Under the pieces are notes generated by a model. The model saw only the letters and a program-made list of their open reading frames with translations. It had not been told where the DNA came from and ran no database searches. Source: Chthoniobacteraceae bacterium (lineage in GTDB: Bacteria; Verrucomicrobiota; Verrucomicrobiia; Chthoniobacterales; Chthoniobacteraceae). Taken from it: DNA of 56,018 bases. The DNA lies in NCBI GenBank assembly GCA_040081625.1, contig JBEBGD010000027.1:1-56018 (forward strand). The letters run 5' to 3'. Below, in pieces: positions 29,822 to 38,936 of the stretch. Each line of letters opens with the position of its first letter. Position 1 is the first letter of the stretch. The translations under genes and the position numbers were made by a program.

Positions 29822-30901
29822 ATGAAGCCGCTCGTCTTTTTCGCGCTGCTCGCGCTCACCTGCAGCACATCGCTCGCGCAAGACGCGTCCAAGCGGATGA
29901 TCGGCGCGCGACCGCTGCCGGCGATGCCGGGGGACGCGTTCACCATCGTCATCATCCCGGACACGCAGAGCTATGTCGGCAAGGGCTGCAAGGCGACGCC
30001 GGCCAGCACCGATCCGGTCACGAACCCGAACCTGGAAGCGCAGGTGAAATGGATTCGCGAGCATCGCGCCGCGCAGAACATCGTCTTCGTCAGCCATGTC
30101 GGAGACATCGTGGACAAGGACAACGCCGACCAGTGGGCCGTGGCCAAGCGGCACCTCGACACGTTGCGCGAGGTCGTGCCCTTCAGCCTCACCGTGGGAA
30201 ATCACGACATGACCGCGAAGGGCGACGCGCGCCTGTTTCAGCAGCACTTTCCGGCCGCCAGTTTCACCAAGTATCCGTGGTATCTCGGCAGCTACACACA
30301 CACTCGGGCCGATCAAAACGTCTCCGCCAACAACGTGAACAGCGCGCAGCTCTTCAGCGCCGGCGGCGTGGACTTCATCCACCTCAGCCTGGAGTGCAAC
30401 GCACCCGACGACGTGCTCGCCTGGGCCGGCGCCACACTCACCGCGCACGCGAATCGCCACGCGATGATCACCACGCACATGGATCTCGGCATCCGCGAAA
30501 AGCCGGAGACCAATGAAGGATACATCCACGATCCGAAAGGCCGCATGAACTGGATCAAGATCCACGGCGCGCGCGGAAACACGGGCGAACAGATGTGGGC
30601 CAAGCTCTACAGCAAGCACGCCAACCTGTGCCTGATCTTCTGCGGCGATCAAAGCCGCGTGACCGCCCTGAAGCTCACCAGACCCAGCGACCACGGCCAG
30701 CCCGTGACCGCGATGCTGAGCGACTACCTGAGCCAGCCCGTGCTGAGACTGCTCCGGTTCGTCCCCGCCGAAAACCGCGTCCACGCGCTCACCTACGATG
30801 TCGTCCAAGGCGTGCTCGTGGACGACACCCCGCACGTCCACGAACTCGATCAGCACCAGTTCATCCTCAAGTATCCGATGCACCTGCCCGGCACCAAGTA
30901 G
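29822..30901 (+). CDS. Calcineurin-like metallophosphoesterase, exported
   Basis: IPDTQ, HVGDIVD, VGNHD; signal peptide. Confidence 0.85.
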   Translation: MKPLVFFALLALTCSTSLAQDASKRMIGARPLPAMPGDAFTIVIIPDTQSYVGKGCKATPASTDPVTNPNLEAQVKWIREHRAAQNIVFVSHVGDIVDKDNADQWAVAKRHLDTLREVVPFSLTVGNHDMTAKGDARLFQQHFPAASFTKYPWYLGSYTHTRADQNVSANNVNSAQLFSAGGVDFIHLSLECNAPDDVLAWAGATLTAHANRHAMITTHMDLGIREKPETNEGYIHDPKGRMNWIKIHGARGNTGEQMWAKLYSKHANLCLIFCGDQSRVTALKLTRPSDHGQPVTAMLSDYLSQPVLRLLRFVPAENRVHALTYDVVQGVLVDDTPHVHELDQHQFILKYPMHLPGTK

Positions 30902-31001
30902 TGAGCCCTCTCACTCCGAACTCCGTTCCACTGTTTGGCTGTGAACCGTTCGCCTGCAAGGCTACCATTGATCCTATGAGTCCAGCCCGGTCCGTTTCGA
31001 A

Positions 31002-33149
31002 ATGAGAGTGCTTGCGGCGCTCTGCATCGCTTCGCTCAGTGCCGGCGTGGCGGCGGAACCGGTCGATTTCAATCGCGACATCCGTCCCATCCTCGCGACG
31101 AAATGCTACGCCTGCCACGGACCGGACGAGGACAAGCGAAAGGCGGATCTGCGGCTCGACACGCGCGCCGGTGCGACGCGCGATCTCGGCGGCTACGCGG
31201 CGGTGGCGCCCGGGAAGCCGGAGGCCAGCGAGCTTTGGCACCGCATCATCTCGACCGACAAGGACGAGGTGATGCCGCCGCCGGAGTCGCCGAAGCAACT
31301 CACCGCTCAGGAGCGCGAGCTGTTCCGACGCTGGATCGGCGAAGGCGCGGAATATCGCGAGCACTGGTCCTTTCTTCCCGTGCGCGCAGCGATGCCGCCT
31401 ACGCTGAAGAATGCGGACGGCGTGCGCAACGGCATCGACGCGTTCATCCGCCGGGAGTTCGAGGCGCGCGGCATCGCGCCCGCACCCGAGGCCGGGCGCG
31501 GCGTGCTGATCCGGCGCGTGTCGCTGGATTTGATCGGCCTGCCGCCGACGCCGGAGGAAGTCGCGCAGTTCGTCGCGGACCAGGAAGCGGGCGCTTACGA
31601 GCGCGTCGTGGATCGCCTGCTGGCCAGTCCGCATTTCGGCGAACGCTGGGGCCGGCACTGGCTCGACCTCGCGCGCTACGCGGACAGCGACGGATTTCTC
31701 GGCGACAAGGTGCGGCCCGATGCGTGGCGTTTCCGCGATTGGGTGATCGACGCGATCAACCGCGATCAGCCTTTCGATGAGTTCACGATCGAGCAACTCG
31801 CCGGCGATCTGCTGCCGGATGCGAACTCCGCCCAACTCACCGCCACCGGATTCCATCGCAACGCGGCACGCAACACCGAGGCCGGCGTGGACAAGGAGGA
31901 GGCGCGTTTTCAAAACCTCGCCGATCGCGTGAACACCACGGGCCGCGTCTGGCTCGGGCTGACCATCGGTTGCGCGCAGTGCCACACCCACAAATACGAC
32001 CCGATCACGATTCGCGATTACTACGGGTTCTACGCTTTCTTCAACAACACCGAGGACCGCGACGACCCGACGACGAAGGCGCAGACGCTCGCCGAAACGG
32101 GCAAGGATCGGCGCGAGACGTATGTGCATCTCGCGGGGAGTTACACACGCCGTGGGCCGAACGTGGTCCCGGTGGGCTTGTCCGCACTGCCGTCGATGCC
32201 CGCGCCGGAGAAGGGCGAAGCGACGCGCCTCGACCTCGCGCGGTGGCTCGTGTCGCCGAAGAATCCGCTGACCAGCCGCGTGGCGGTGAACCTTGTCTGG
32301 AGCAAGCTCTTCGGCACGGGGATCGTCAGCACGCCCGATGATTTCGGCGCGACGGGCGAATCGCCTTCGCACCCGGAGTTGCTCGACTGGCTCGCTGCCG
32401 AGTTCATGCGCGGCGGCTGGAGCCGCAAGAAACTCATCCGGCTCATCGTCACCTCGGCGACCTATCGGCAGTCGTCGGCGCACCGTGCGGAACTGACGGA
32501 CCTCGACCCGCTGAACCATCTGCTCGCGCGCCAGAACCGTCTTCGACTCGAAGCCGAAGTGCTGCGCGATGCCGCGCTGAAAACGAGCGGCTTGCTCACG
32601 ACGACCATCGGCGGTCCGAGCATCCGCCCGCCGCTGCCGGGCGATGTCTTCGATGTCGGGCGATCGGTGAAGTGGGACGTAAGCCAGGGCGCGGAGCGCT
32701 ACCGCCGCGGGCTCTACATCCTCACGCTGCGGAGCGTCCTGTATCCGATGCTCACGACCTTCGACGGCCCGGACGCGAGCGAAGCCTGCGTGCGGCGCGA
32801 TCGCTCGAACACGCCGCTCCAGGCGCTCACGCTGATGAACGATCCCGTCTTCGTCGAAGCCGCGCAGGCGCTCGCCCAGCGCGCGATGCGCGAGGCGCCG
32901 GCCGACACACGCTTGCGCCATCTCTTCCGCCTCTGCCTCACGCGCGAGCCGGGCGCGGAGGAACTTGAGCGACTGCTCACGTTCCAATCCGGGCAGAAAC
33001 AGCGCGTCATCGCGGGAGGAATGAACGCGCTGAAGGTGCTCGGCGCGGCCCTGCCCGCGGAGAGTTCACCCGATGCGATCGAAGCGGCCACACTCGTCGC
33101 GACCGCTCGCGTGCTCATGAATCTCGACGAGTTCATCAACCGCGACTGA
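31002..33149 (+). CDS. Planctomycete cytochrome c + DUF1549/DUF1553 protein
   Basis: KCYACHG, GERWGRHWLDLARYADS, CAQCHTHKYDP, SHPELLDWLA, NTPLQAL. Confidence 0.93.
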   Translation: MRVLAALCIASLSAGVAAEPVDFNRDIRPILATKCYACHGPDEDKRKADLRLDTRAGATRDLGGYAAVAPGKPEASELWHRIISTDKDEVMPPPESPKQLTAQERELFRRWIGEGAEYREHWSFLPVRAAMPPTLKNADGVRNGIDAFIRREFEARGIAPAPEAGRGVLIRRVSLDLIGLPPTPEEVAQFVADQEAGAYERVVDRLLASPHFGERWGRHWLDLARYADSDGFLGDKVRPDAWRFRDWVIDAINRDQPFDEFTIEQLAGDLLPDANSAQLTATGFHRNAARNTEAGVDKEEARFQNLADRVNTTGRVWLGLTIGCAQCHTHKYDPITIRDYYGFYAFFNNTEDRDDPTTKAQTLAETGKDRRETYVHLAGSYTRRGPNVVPVGLSALPSMPAPEKGEATRLDLARWLVSPKNPLTSRVAVNLVWSKLFGTGIVSTPDDFGATGESPSHPELLDWLAAEFMRGGWSRKKLIRLIVTSATYRQSSAHRAELTDLDPLNHLLARQNRLRLEAEVLRDAALKTSGLLTTTIGGPSIRPPLPGDVFDVGRSVKWDVSQGAERYRRGLYILTLRSVLYPMLTTFDGPDASEACVRRDRSNTPLQALTLMNDPVFVEAAQALAQRAMREAPADTRLRHLFRLCLTREPGAEELERLLTFQSGQKQRVIAGGMNALKVLGAALPAESSPDAIEAATLVATARVLMNLDEFINRD

Positions 33150-33152
33150 CCC

Positions 33153-34625
33153 ATGTCCCCACTCGATCGCATCACGCAAACCCGCCGCGACTTCCTCGCC
33201 ACCAGCGCGTGCGGGCTGGGCACACTCGCCCTCGCTACGCTGCTCGGCGAGGACGGCCTGCTCGCGGCGGAATCGAGCGCCGATCCGCTTGCCGCGCGAC
33301 TTCCGCATTTCGCGCCGAAGGCGAAGAACTGCATCTTCATCTTCCTCGAGGGCGGCCCGAGCCAGATGGATCTCTTCGATCCCAAGCCGATGCTCAATCA
33401 ATACGATGGCCAGCCGCTGCCGCCGTCCATCGTCGGAGATGCGAAGTTCGCCTTTCTCCAAAAGGACACGGCGACCGTGATGGGCACGAAGCGCGTCTTC
33501 ACCAAGCACGGCCAGTGCGGCATGGAGATCTCCGACCTGCTCCCGAATATTGCGAGTTGCGCGGACGACATCGCGCTCATCCGCTCGATGCACACGACGC
33601 AGTTCAATCACCTGCCCGGCCAGCTCATGCTGAACTGCGGCGCGGCCTTGCTCGGCCGCCCGAGCGTCGGCTCGTGGCTCACGTATGGGCTCGGCAGCGA
33701 GTCGCGCGATTTGCCGGCGTATGCCGTCATGGTGTCGAAGGGACGCGGCCTGCCCGGCGGCACGTCCACGTGGTCGAGCGGTTTTCTGCCTTCGTCCTAC
33801 GGCGGCGTGATGTTTCGCAATGGCGCCGCGCCGGTGCTCAATCTCGCGAACCCCGACGGGATCACGCGTGACATGCAACACGCCAGCATCGACGCGCTGA
33901 ACGATCTCAATCGTCTCCGGCATCGACACATTGGCGATCCGGAGATCGCCAGCCGGATCAACAGCTACGAGCTCGCCTTCCGCATGCAAAGCACCGCGCC
34001 GGAGCTGGCCGATCTCAGCGGCGAAACGCGGGCGACGCTCGATTCCTACGGCATCGATCGCAGCGAGCCCGCGATCAAGAACAGCCTCGGCGGAAACGGA
34101 CTCTTCGGGACCTTTTCGCGTCACTGCCTGCAAGCACGGCGAATGGTCGAGCGCGGCGTGCGTTTCGTGAACATCATCCACGCCTCGTGGGATCATCACA
34201 GCGATCTCGACTCGGGCCTCGCGCACAATTGCCTCATGGCGGATCAGCCCATCGCCGCCCTGCTCAAGGATCTCAAGCAACGCGGCCTGCTCGACAGCAC
34301 GCTCGTCGTGTGGGGCTCGGAATTCGGCCGCACCGCGCTGGGCGAGAATCGCCCCGGCTTCAAAAAGGTCACGGGACGCGATCATCATCCCGGCGCGTTC
34401 AGCCTGTGGATGGCTGGCGGCGGCGTGAAGGGCGGGCAGGTTCATGGCGAGTCCGACGACTTCGCGTGGCACGTCGCGCGTGATCCCGTGTCGATGCACG
34501 ATTTTCACGCGACCATCCTGCACCTCTTCGGCCTCGATCACACGCGGCTCACCTACCGTTTCCAAGGCCGCGACTTCCGCCTCACCGATGTCCACGGCCA
34601 CGTGGTAAAGCCGTTGCTCGCATGA
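33153..34625 (+). CDS. DUF1501 domain protein
   Basis: TRRDFL, GGPSQMDLFDPKP, YELAFRMQ, WDHH, EFGRT, GRDHH. Confidence 0.93.
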   Translation: MSPLDRITQTRRDFLATSACGLGTLALATLLGEDGLLAAESSADPLAARLPHFAPKAKNCIFIFLEGGPSQMDLFDPKPMLNQYDGQPLPPSIVGDAKFAFLQKDTATVMGTKRVFTKHGQCGMEISDLLPNIASCADDIALIRSMHTTQFNHLPGQLMLNCGAALLGRPSVGSWLTYGLGSESRDLPAYAVMVSKGRGLPGGTSTWSSGFLPSSYGGVMFRNGAAPVLNLANPDGITRDMQHASIDALNDLNRLRHRHIGDPEIASRINSYELAFRMQSTAPELADLSGETRATLDSYGIDRSEPAIKNSLGGNGLFGTFSRHCLQARRMVERGVRFVNIIHASWDHHSDLDSGLAHNCLMADQPIAALLKDLKQRGLLDSTLVVWGSEFGRTALGENRPGFKKVTGRDHHPGAFSLWMAGGGVKGGQVHGESDDFAWHVARDPVSMHDFHATILHLFGLDHTRLTYRFQGRDFRLTDVHGHVVKPLLA

Positions 34626-36649
34626 ATCCGATCCGCCTCGCTCTCGCTGCAATCTTTCTCATCGGCGCGGCCAGCTTGCGCGGCGAAGTCGTGCGCGTGG
34701 AGATTCGCGAGCGCACGCCGATTGCGAACGGACATTCGTTCGGCGCGACCGGGCCTTACGAAAAGATCACCGGGCGGATGTTCGTCGAGGTCGATCCCTC
34801 CGCTCCGGCCAACGCGCGCATTTGCGATCTCGCACTCGCGCCGCGCAACGAGCGCGGCCGCGTCGAGTGCTGGACAGATTTTTTCCTGCTGAAACCCGCG
34901 GACGCGCGGCGCGGCAACCGGCGCATCCTCTACGACGTGAACAACCGCGGGAACATGCTCGCGCTTTCGAACTTCAACGACGCGGAGCGCACCAACACAC
35001 CCGGCACGCTCGCGCACGCGGGCAACGGCTTCCTCCTGCGTCACGGCTACTCAGTGCTCTCGTGCGGCTGGAATGGCGAAGTGACCGACGACGGCACGCA
35101 GCGCCTGCTCACCGGGGTGCCCATCGCGACCGAGCAGGGGCGGACGATCACCGGCCGCGCGCACATCGAGATCAGCACGACCGAGAAGGTATTCAGCCGC
35201 GCGTTTTCGTGGAGTCCGTGGGGAGCGTTCGCCGCGTTTCCCACCGTGTCGCTCGAGGATCGTGAAGCCGTGCTCACCATGCGCCCGAGCCGCTCCGAAC
35301 CCGCGACGGAAGTCCCGCGCACCGGTTGGGCGTTTGGTCGCTGGGAGAATGAAACGCTCGTTACCGATCCGGCGCATCTTTACGTGAAGGACGGTTTTCG
35401 TCCCGGCTGGCTCTACGATCTCGTCTATACGGCGAAGGAGCCGCGCGTCACCGGGCTCGGGCTCGCGGCGCTGCGCGATTGCGTGTCGTTTCTCCGGCAC
35501 GCGCCGCCGGAGCGCAATCCGCTCGCGGGCGCGATCGATGCCGCATACGTCGCCGGCATTTCGCAATCGGGACGCTTGATCCACCATTTCATCCACGAGG
35601 GTTTCAACACCGACGAGGCACGGCGCGCGGTGTTCGACGGTGCCTTGATCCACGTCGCCGGCGCGGGCAAAGGCACGTTCAATCACCGCTTCCGCATGAT
35701 GACCGACTACGGCACGTGCCACGAGGGCAACTTGTCAGGCTCGGAATTCTTCCCGCTCTCGCCGGTGCCGCAGACCGATCCCGTGACGAGCGAGCGCGGC
35801 GACACGCTGGCGCGTGCGCGAGCGAGCGGACACGTGCCGAAGATAATCTTCACGCAGACCTCGACCGAATACTGGAGCCGCGCCGCGTCGCTGTTGCACA
35901 CCGATGTCGAAGGCCGGAAGGACATCGAGCTTCCGCCCGAAGTGCGCGTCTATCTCGTGGCCGGCGCGCAGCACCTCGGCGCTGGTCCGCACACGCCCGG
36001 CATCTGCCAGCAGCCGCGCAGCACGCTCAACGATCGCGGGCCGATCCTGCGCGCGATGCTCGTCGCGCTGGACGAGTGGGTGAGCAACGGCATGGCACCG
36101 TCGCCGAGTCGCCACCCGCGGATTGCCGACAGCACGCTCGTGGATTTGAAAACGTGGCGATTCCCGCGCATCCCCGGCGTGAATCTACCCGCGCGTTACT
36201 ACGAACCGTTGCGGCTGGATTTCGGCCCGCGCTTTCGCACCGACGGCATCGCCGACACAATCCCGCCGAGGATCGAGTCGCCATACCGCACGCTGATCCC
36301 GGCGGTGGACTCCGACGGCAACGAGACTGGCGGCATCCGCTTGCCCGAGGTCGCCGTGCCGCTCGGGACCTTCACCGGCTGGAACCTGCGCGCCGCGCCG
36401 TTCGGAGCCGAGGGAATCCTTTCGCCGCTCGATGGGATGTATCTCCCGTTCGCGCTCACGGCGGATGAACGGCGACAACGCGGCGATCCGCGGCCCGCAG
36501 TGCGCGAGCGTTATTCAACGCGCGAAGTCTATCTCGCGCGCATGACCGACGCGGCGCTCCAGCTCAAGCGCGATCGCTTCCTGCTCGACGAGGACGTGAC
36601 TGCGATCCTGGAAAAGGCAGCCGGGATCAAACTGTGGGACACACCATGA
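34622..36649 (+). CDS. Exported alpha/beta-hydrolase-domain protein
   Basis: YDVNNRGN, GISQSGR nucleophile elbow, TEYW, DGNETGGIRLP. Confidence 0.8.
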   Translation: MNPIRLALAAIFLIGAASLRGEVVRVEIRERTPIANGHSFGATGPYEKITGRMFVEVDPSAPANARICDLALAPRNERGRVECWTDFFLLKPADARRGNRRILYDVNNRGNMLALSNFNDAERTNTPGTLAHAGNGFLLRHGYSVLSCGWNGEVTDDGTQRLLTGVPIATEQGRTITGRAHIEISTTEKVFSRAFSWSPWGAFAAFPTVSLEDREAVLTMRPSRSEPATEVPRTGWAFGRWENETLVTDPAHLYVKDGFRPGWLYDLVYTAKEPRVTGLGLAALRDCVSFLRHAPPERNPLAGAIDAAYVAGISQSGRLIHHFIHEGFNTDEARRAVFDGALIHVAGAGKGTFNHRFRMMTDYGTCHEGNLSGSEFFPLSPVPQTDPVTSERGDTLARARASGHVPKIIFTQTSTEYWSRAASLLHTDVEGRKDIELPPEVRVYLVAGAQHLGAGPHTPGICQQPRSTLNDRGPILRAMLVALDEWVSNGMAPSPSRHPRIADSTLVDLKTWRFPRIPGVNLPARYYEPLRLDFGPRFRTDGIADTIPPRIESPYRTLIPAVDSDGNETGGIRLPEVAVPLGTFTGWNLRAAPFGAEGILSPLDGMYLPFALTADERRQRGDPRPAVRERYSTREVYLARMTDAALQLKRDRFLLDEDVTAILEKAAGIKLWDTP

Positions 36650-36677
36650 TGCCGGCGAGTATCGGATCCGAACGCGC

Positions 36678-37031
36678 ATGAAACGACGCAGATTTATTGA
36701 GAGTAGCGTGGCATTTCTCGCGACTCCCGTGCTCGCCGCGTTGCGACAGGAGCGGCTGGATGAAGCGGTCGAGGTGCTCGCGCGCGCCGCGGCCGAAGGT
36801 CAGATCACCACAGCGGTGCTGCATGTGGTTCAGCGGGACGCGGTGTTCAGCCGATCGTTCGGAAAGGCGCAGAACGAGCACGCGATGTTTCTCCTCGGAT
36901 CGATCTCCAAGCCGATCTGCGTGAGCGCGTTGATGACCTTGTTCGAGCGCGACGGGTTCACGCTGGACGACCCGCTGACGAAGTTCATCCCGCGGTTCAC
37001 GGGCGGCAGTGCCGATCTTTGCGAGCGATGA
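36678..37031 (+). pseudogene. Truncated beta-lactamase-family serine hydrolase (N-terminal part only)
   Basis: KRRRFI signal; FLLGSISK (SxxK); LDDPLTKFIP; family similarity ends near 37008. Confidence 0.72.
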
Positions 37032-37500
37032 CATTGCGCAGACGATCCAGCTCTCCCGCGATTCTTCACGAACCACGCACGGCGCGGAGGAGTGCATGGA
37101 TGCCTGCCACGTGCTCGGCGTGCTGCTGCATCATCTCCTCGCCGGCGTGGCGGAGGACGAAGCGCTGGACCGACTGACTGAGGAGCCGATCAACTCACCG
37201 CGAGTGCGTGAGATCATTGACGGCTCGTATCGCGTAAAGCCGGAGAGCGGGATTCGCGCATCGGGCTATCTGATCCACACGCTTGAAGCTGCGCTGTGGA
37301 GTTTTCATCGAACGTCCACGTTTCGTGATGCCATCCTGACTGCGGTGAATCTTGGCGAAGATGCGGACACAACCGGGGCGGTGTGCGGCCAGATCGCCGG
37401 CGCGTGTTACGGGCTCGACGGAATTCCCGCGGAGTGGTTGAGCAAGCTGGCAATGAAGGAGAAAATCGAGGCGCTCGCAGTCGCACTGACAAACACCTGA
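37009..37500 (+). pseudogene. ADP-ribosylglycohydrolase C-terminal half
   Basis: SRTTHG, TLEAALW, AVNLGEDADTTGAVCGQIAGA, GIPAEW; the N-terminal GD/TDD motifs are absent. Confidence 0.78.
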
Positions 37501-37589
37501 ATGCGTATCGTCGCCTGAAACCTGAATCACCCGATCAACGATAAGAAGATCCTGCCCGGCGTTGTTCAAGCACTGCGGTCGCTTTCACC

Positions 37590-37774
37590 GGCCCGCCGCT
37601 GGTCTTGCGATACTTTCCGATTGCGTGGTTTGTGATGGCGTAAAAGTGCTGTTCATCGACGGCGACACCTTGATCTGCTTACGCGGCCTTGAAACGGCGC
37701 AACTACTGGTGCTTCCCCTCGCTTGCGAACGCTGCGGAACCGACGAGCAGCAACGGGATGAATCGTGGAATCAT
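37590..37774 (-). pseudogene. Disrupted exported protein remnant
   Basis: MIPRFIPLLLVGSAAFASEGKHQ*LRRFKAA*ADQGVAVDEQHFYAITNHAIGKYRK. Start overlaps the sialidase stop (ATGA); in-frame stops at 37703 and 37679. 3' boundary approximate. Confidence 0.55.
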
Positions 37775-38862
37775 GGCTTGGTGACCCAATCGAGATTGAA
37801 GCGCGCGAGCTTGAGCGTCTCGTAGGCATTCTTCGTCCCACCCTCGTAGAAACAAAGAATGGTGCCGTCGGGCAGGCGACCGAGACACGAGTAGGCGGAA
37901 GGCCCGGCGTGAAGCAGGCGCGACACGGGCCATGTTTTTCCATCATCAAAACTCAAGCGAACCGTGAGATTCACACGCGCGCCCTTCGGTTTCCCATCGA
38001 TGGGCTCTCCGGGATTCGGATTGCTGAAGAGCAATTGGCTGTCGCTGTATCGAACGAGGCTGCACTGGCACTTCGGACACGGAAGTTGTTTCTCCTGCTC
38101 GATGGCCGACCAAGTCGCGCCACCGTCGGTGCTCGTGGCGATCCCACGGAGTCCCTGAAACTCGCCCTGCATCCGCGTGTTCACGAGGAGCGAGCCATCG
38201 CTGCGCTCGATCACCTGGCACTCGTTGCCGCCGACTTCGATCGGCTTGCTGATCTGCCACGTCCTGCCCGCATCGTCGCTGAACATCATATGCGAGTTCC
38301 AACGCTGCGTGCCGTCGGGCAGCTTCAGTCGCTGATCGCTCGGAATAACGAGCCGCCCCTTGTGCTCGCCGCGCGCGAGTTGAATGCCGATGCCCGGCCC
38401 TGTTGCGACCCACACCCAATCGGGTGGCACGACGTTCGCGCTGATGTCTCGCGGCGGGCTCCATGTCTGGCCATCATCAGCGCTCGACGTGATGAGCACT
38501 GCTTTGTTGTCGCGGCAGAACGGCAACCAGATCGTGCCCGTCGAAACATCCTGCACAGGACACGGATTGCCGATGGTGATCTTCGCATCGCCGCCCTCCT
38601 CATGGACGATCTGCTGCGCCGACCAAGTGCGCCCGCCGTCGGTGCTTCGCTTCATCACGAGGTCGAGATCGCCATGATCGCCCGAACCTCTTTTTCGTCC
38701 CTCGCAGAACGCCAGCACCGTGCCCCGTGCCGTGACGAGCAGCGACGGAATACGATACGTGTGGTAACCATCGACACTCGCGACGAAGAGATCGCACTCC
38801 TCGAACGATGGCTCTGCACGAGCGGCGATGACGATGAAGACGAGGGAGAGCAGACGTTTCAT
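37771..38862 (-). CDS. Sialidase family (GH33/BNR) protein, exported
   Basis: YRIP motif; Asp boxes STDGGRTWS, SADDGQTWS, SDDAGRTW, STDGGATWS, SFDDGKTW; AYS. Confidence 0.9.
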   Translation of the reverse strand: MKRLLSLVFIVIAARAEPSFEECDLFVASVDGYHTYRIPSLLVTARGTVLAFCEGRKRGSGDHGDLDLVMKRSTDGGRTWSAQQIVHEEGGDAKITIGNPCPVQDVSTGTIWLPFCRDNKAVLITSSADDGQTWSPPRDISANVVPPDWVWVATGPGIGIQLARGEHKGRLVIPSDQRLKLPDGTQRWNSHMMFSDDAGRTWQISKPIEVGGNECQVIERSDGSLLVNTRMQGEFQGLRGIATSTDGGATWSAIEQEKQLPCPKCQCSLVRYSDSQLLFSNPNPGEPIDGKPKGARVNLTVRLSFDDGKTWPVSRLLHAGPSAYSCLGRLPDGTILCFYEGGTKNAYETLKLARFNLDWVTKP

Positions 38863-38936
38863 GGGTTGATAGTGGTGGGAGCAAACAATGAATCCTCTGC
38901 TGTCCTCTGCTACTTTGCACGTCCGCTCGTCACACA

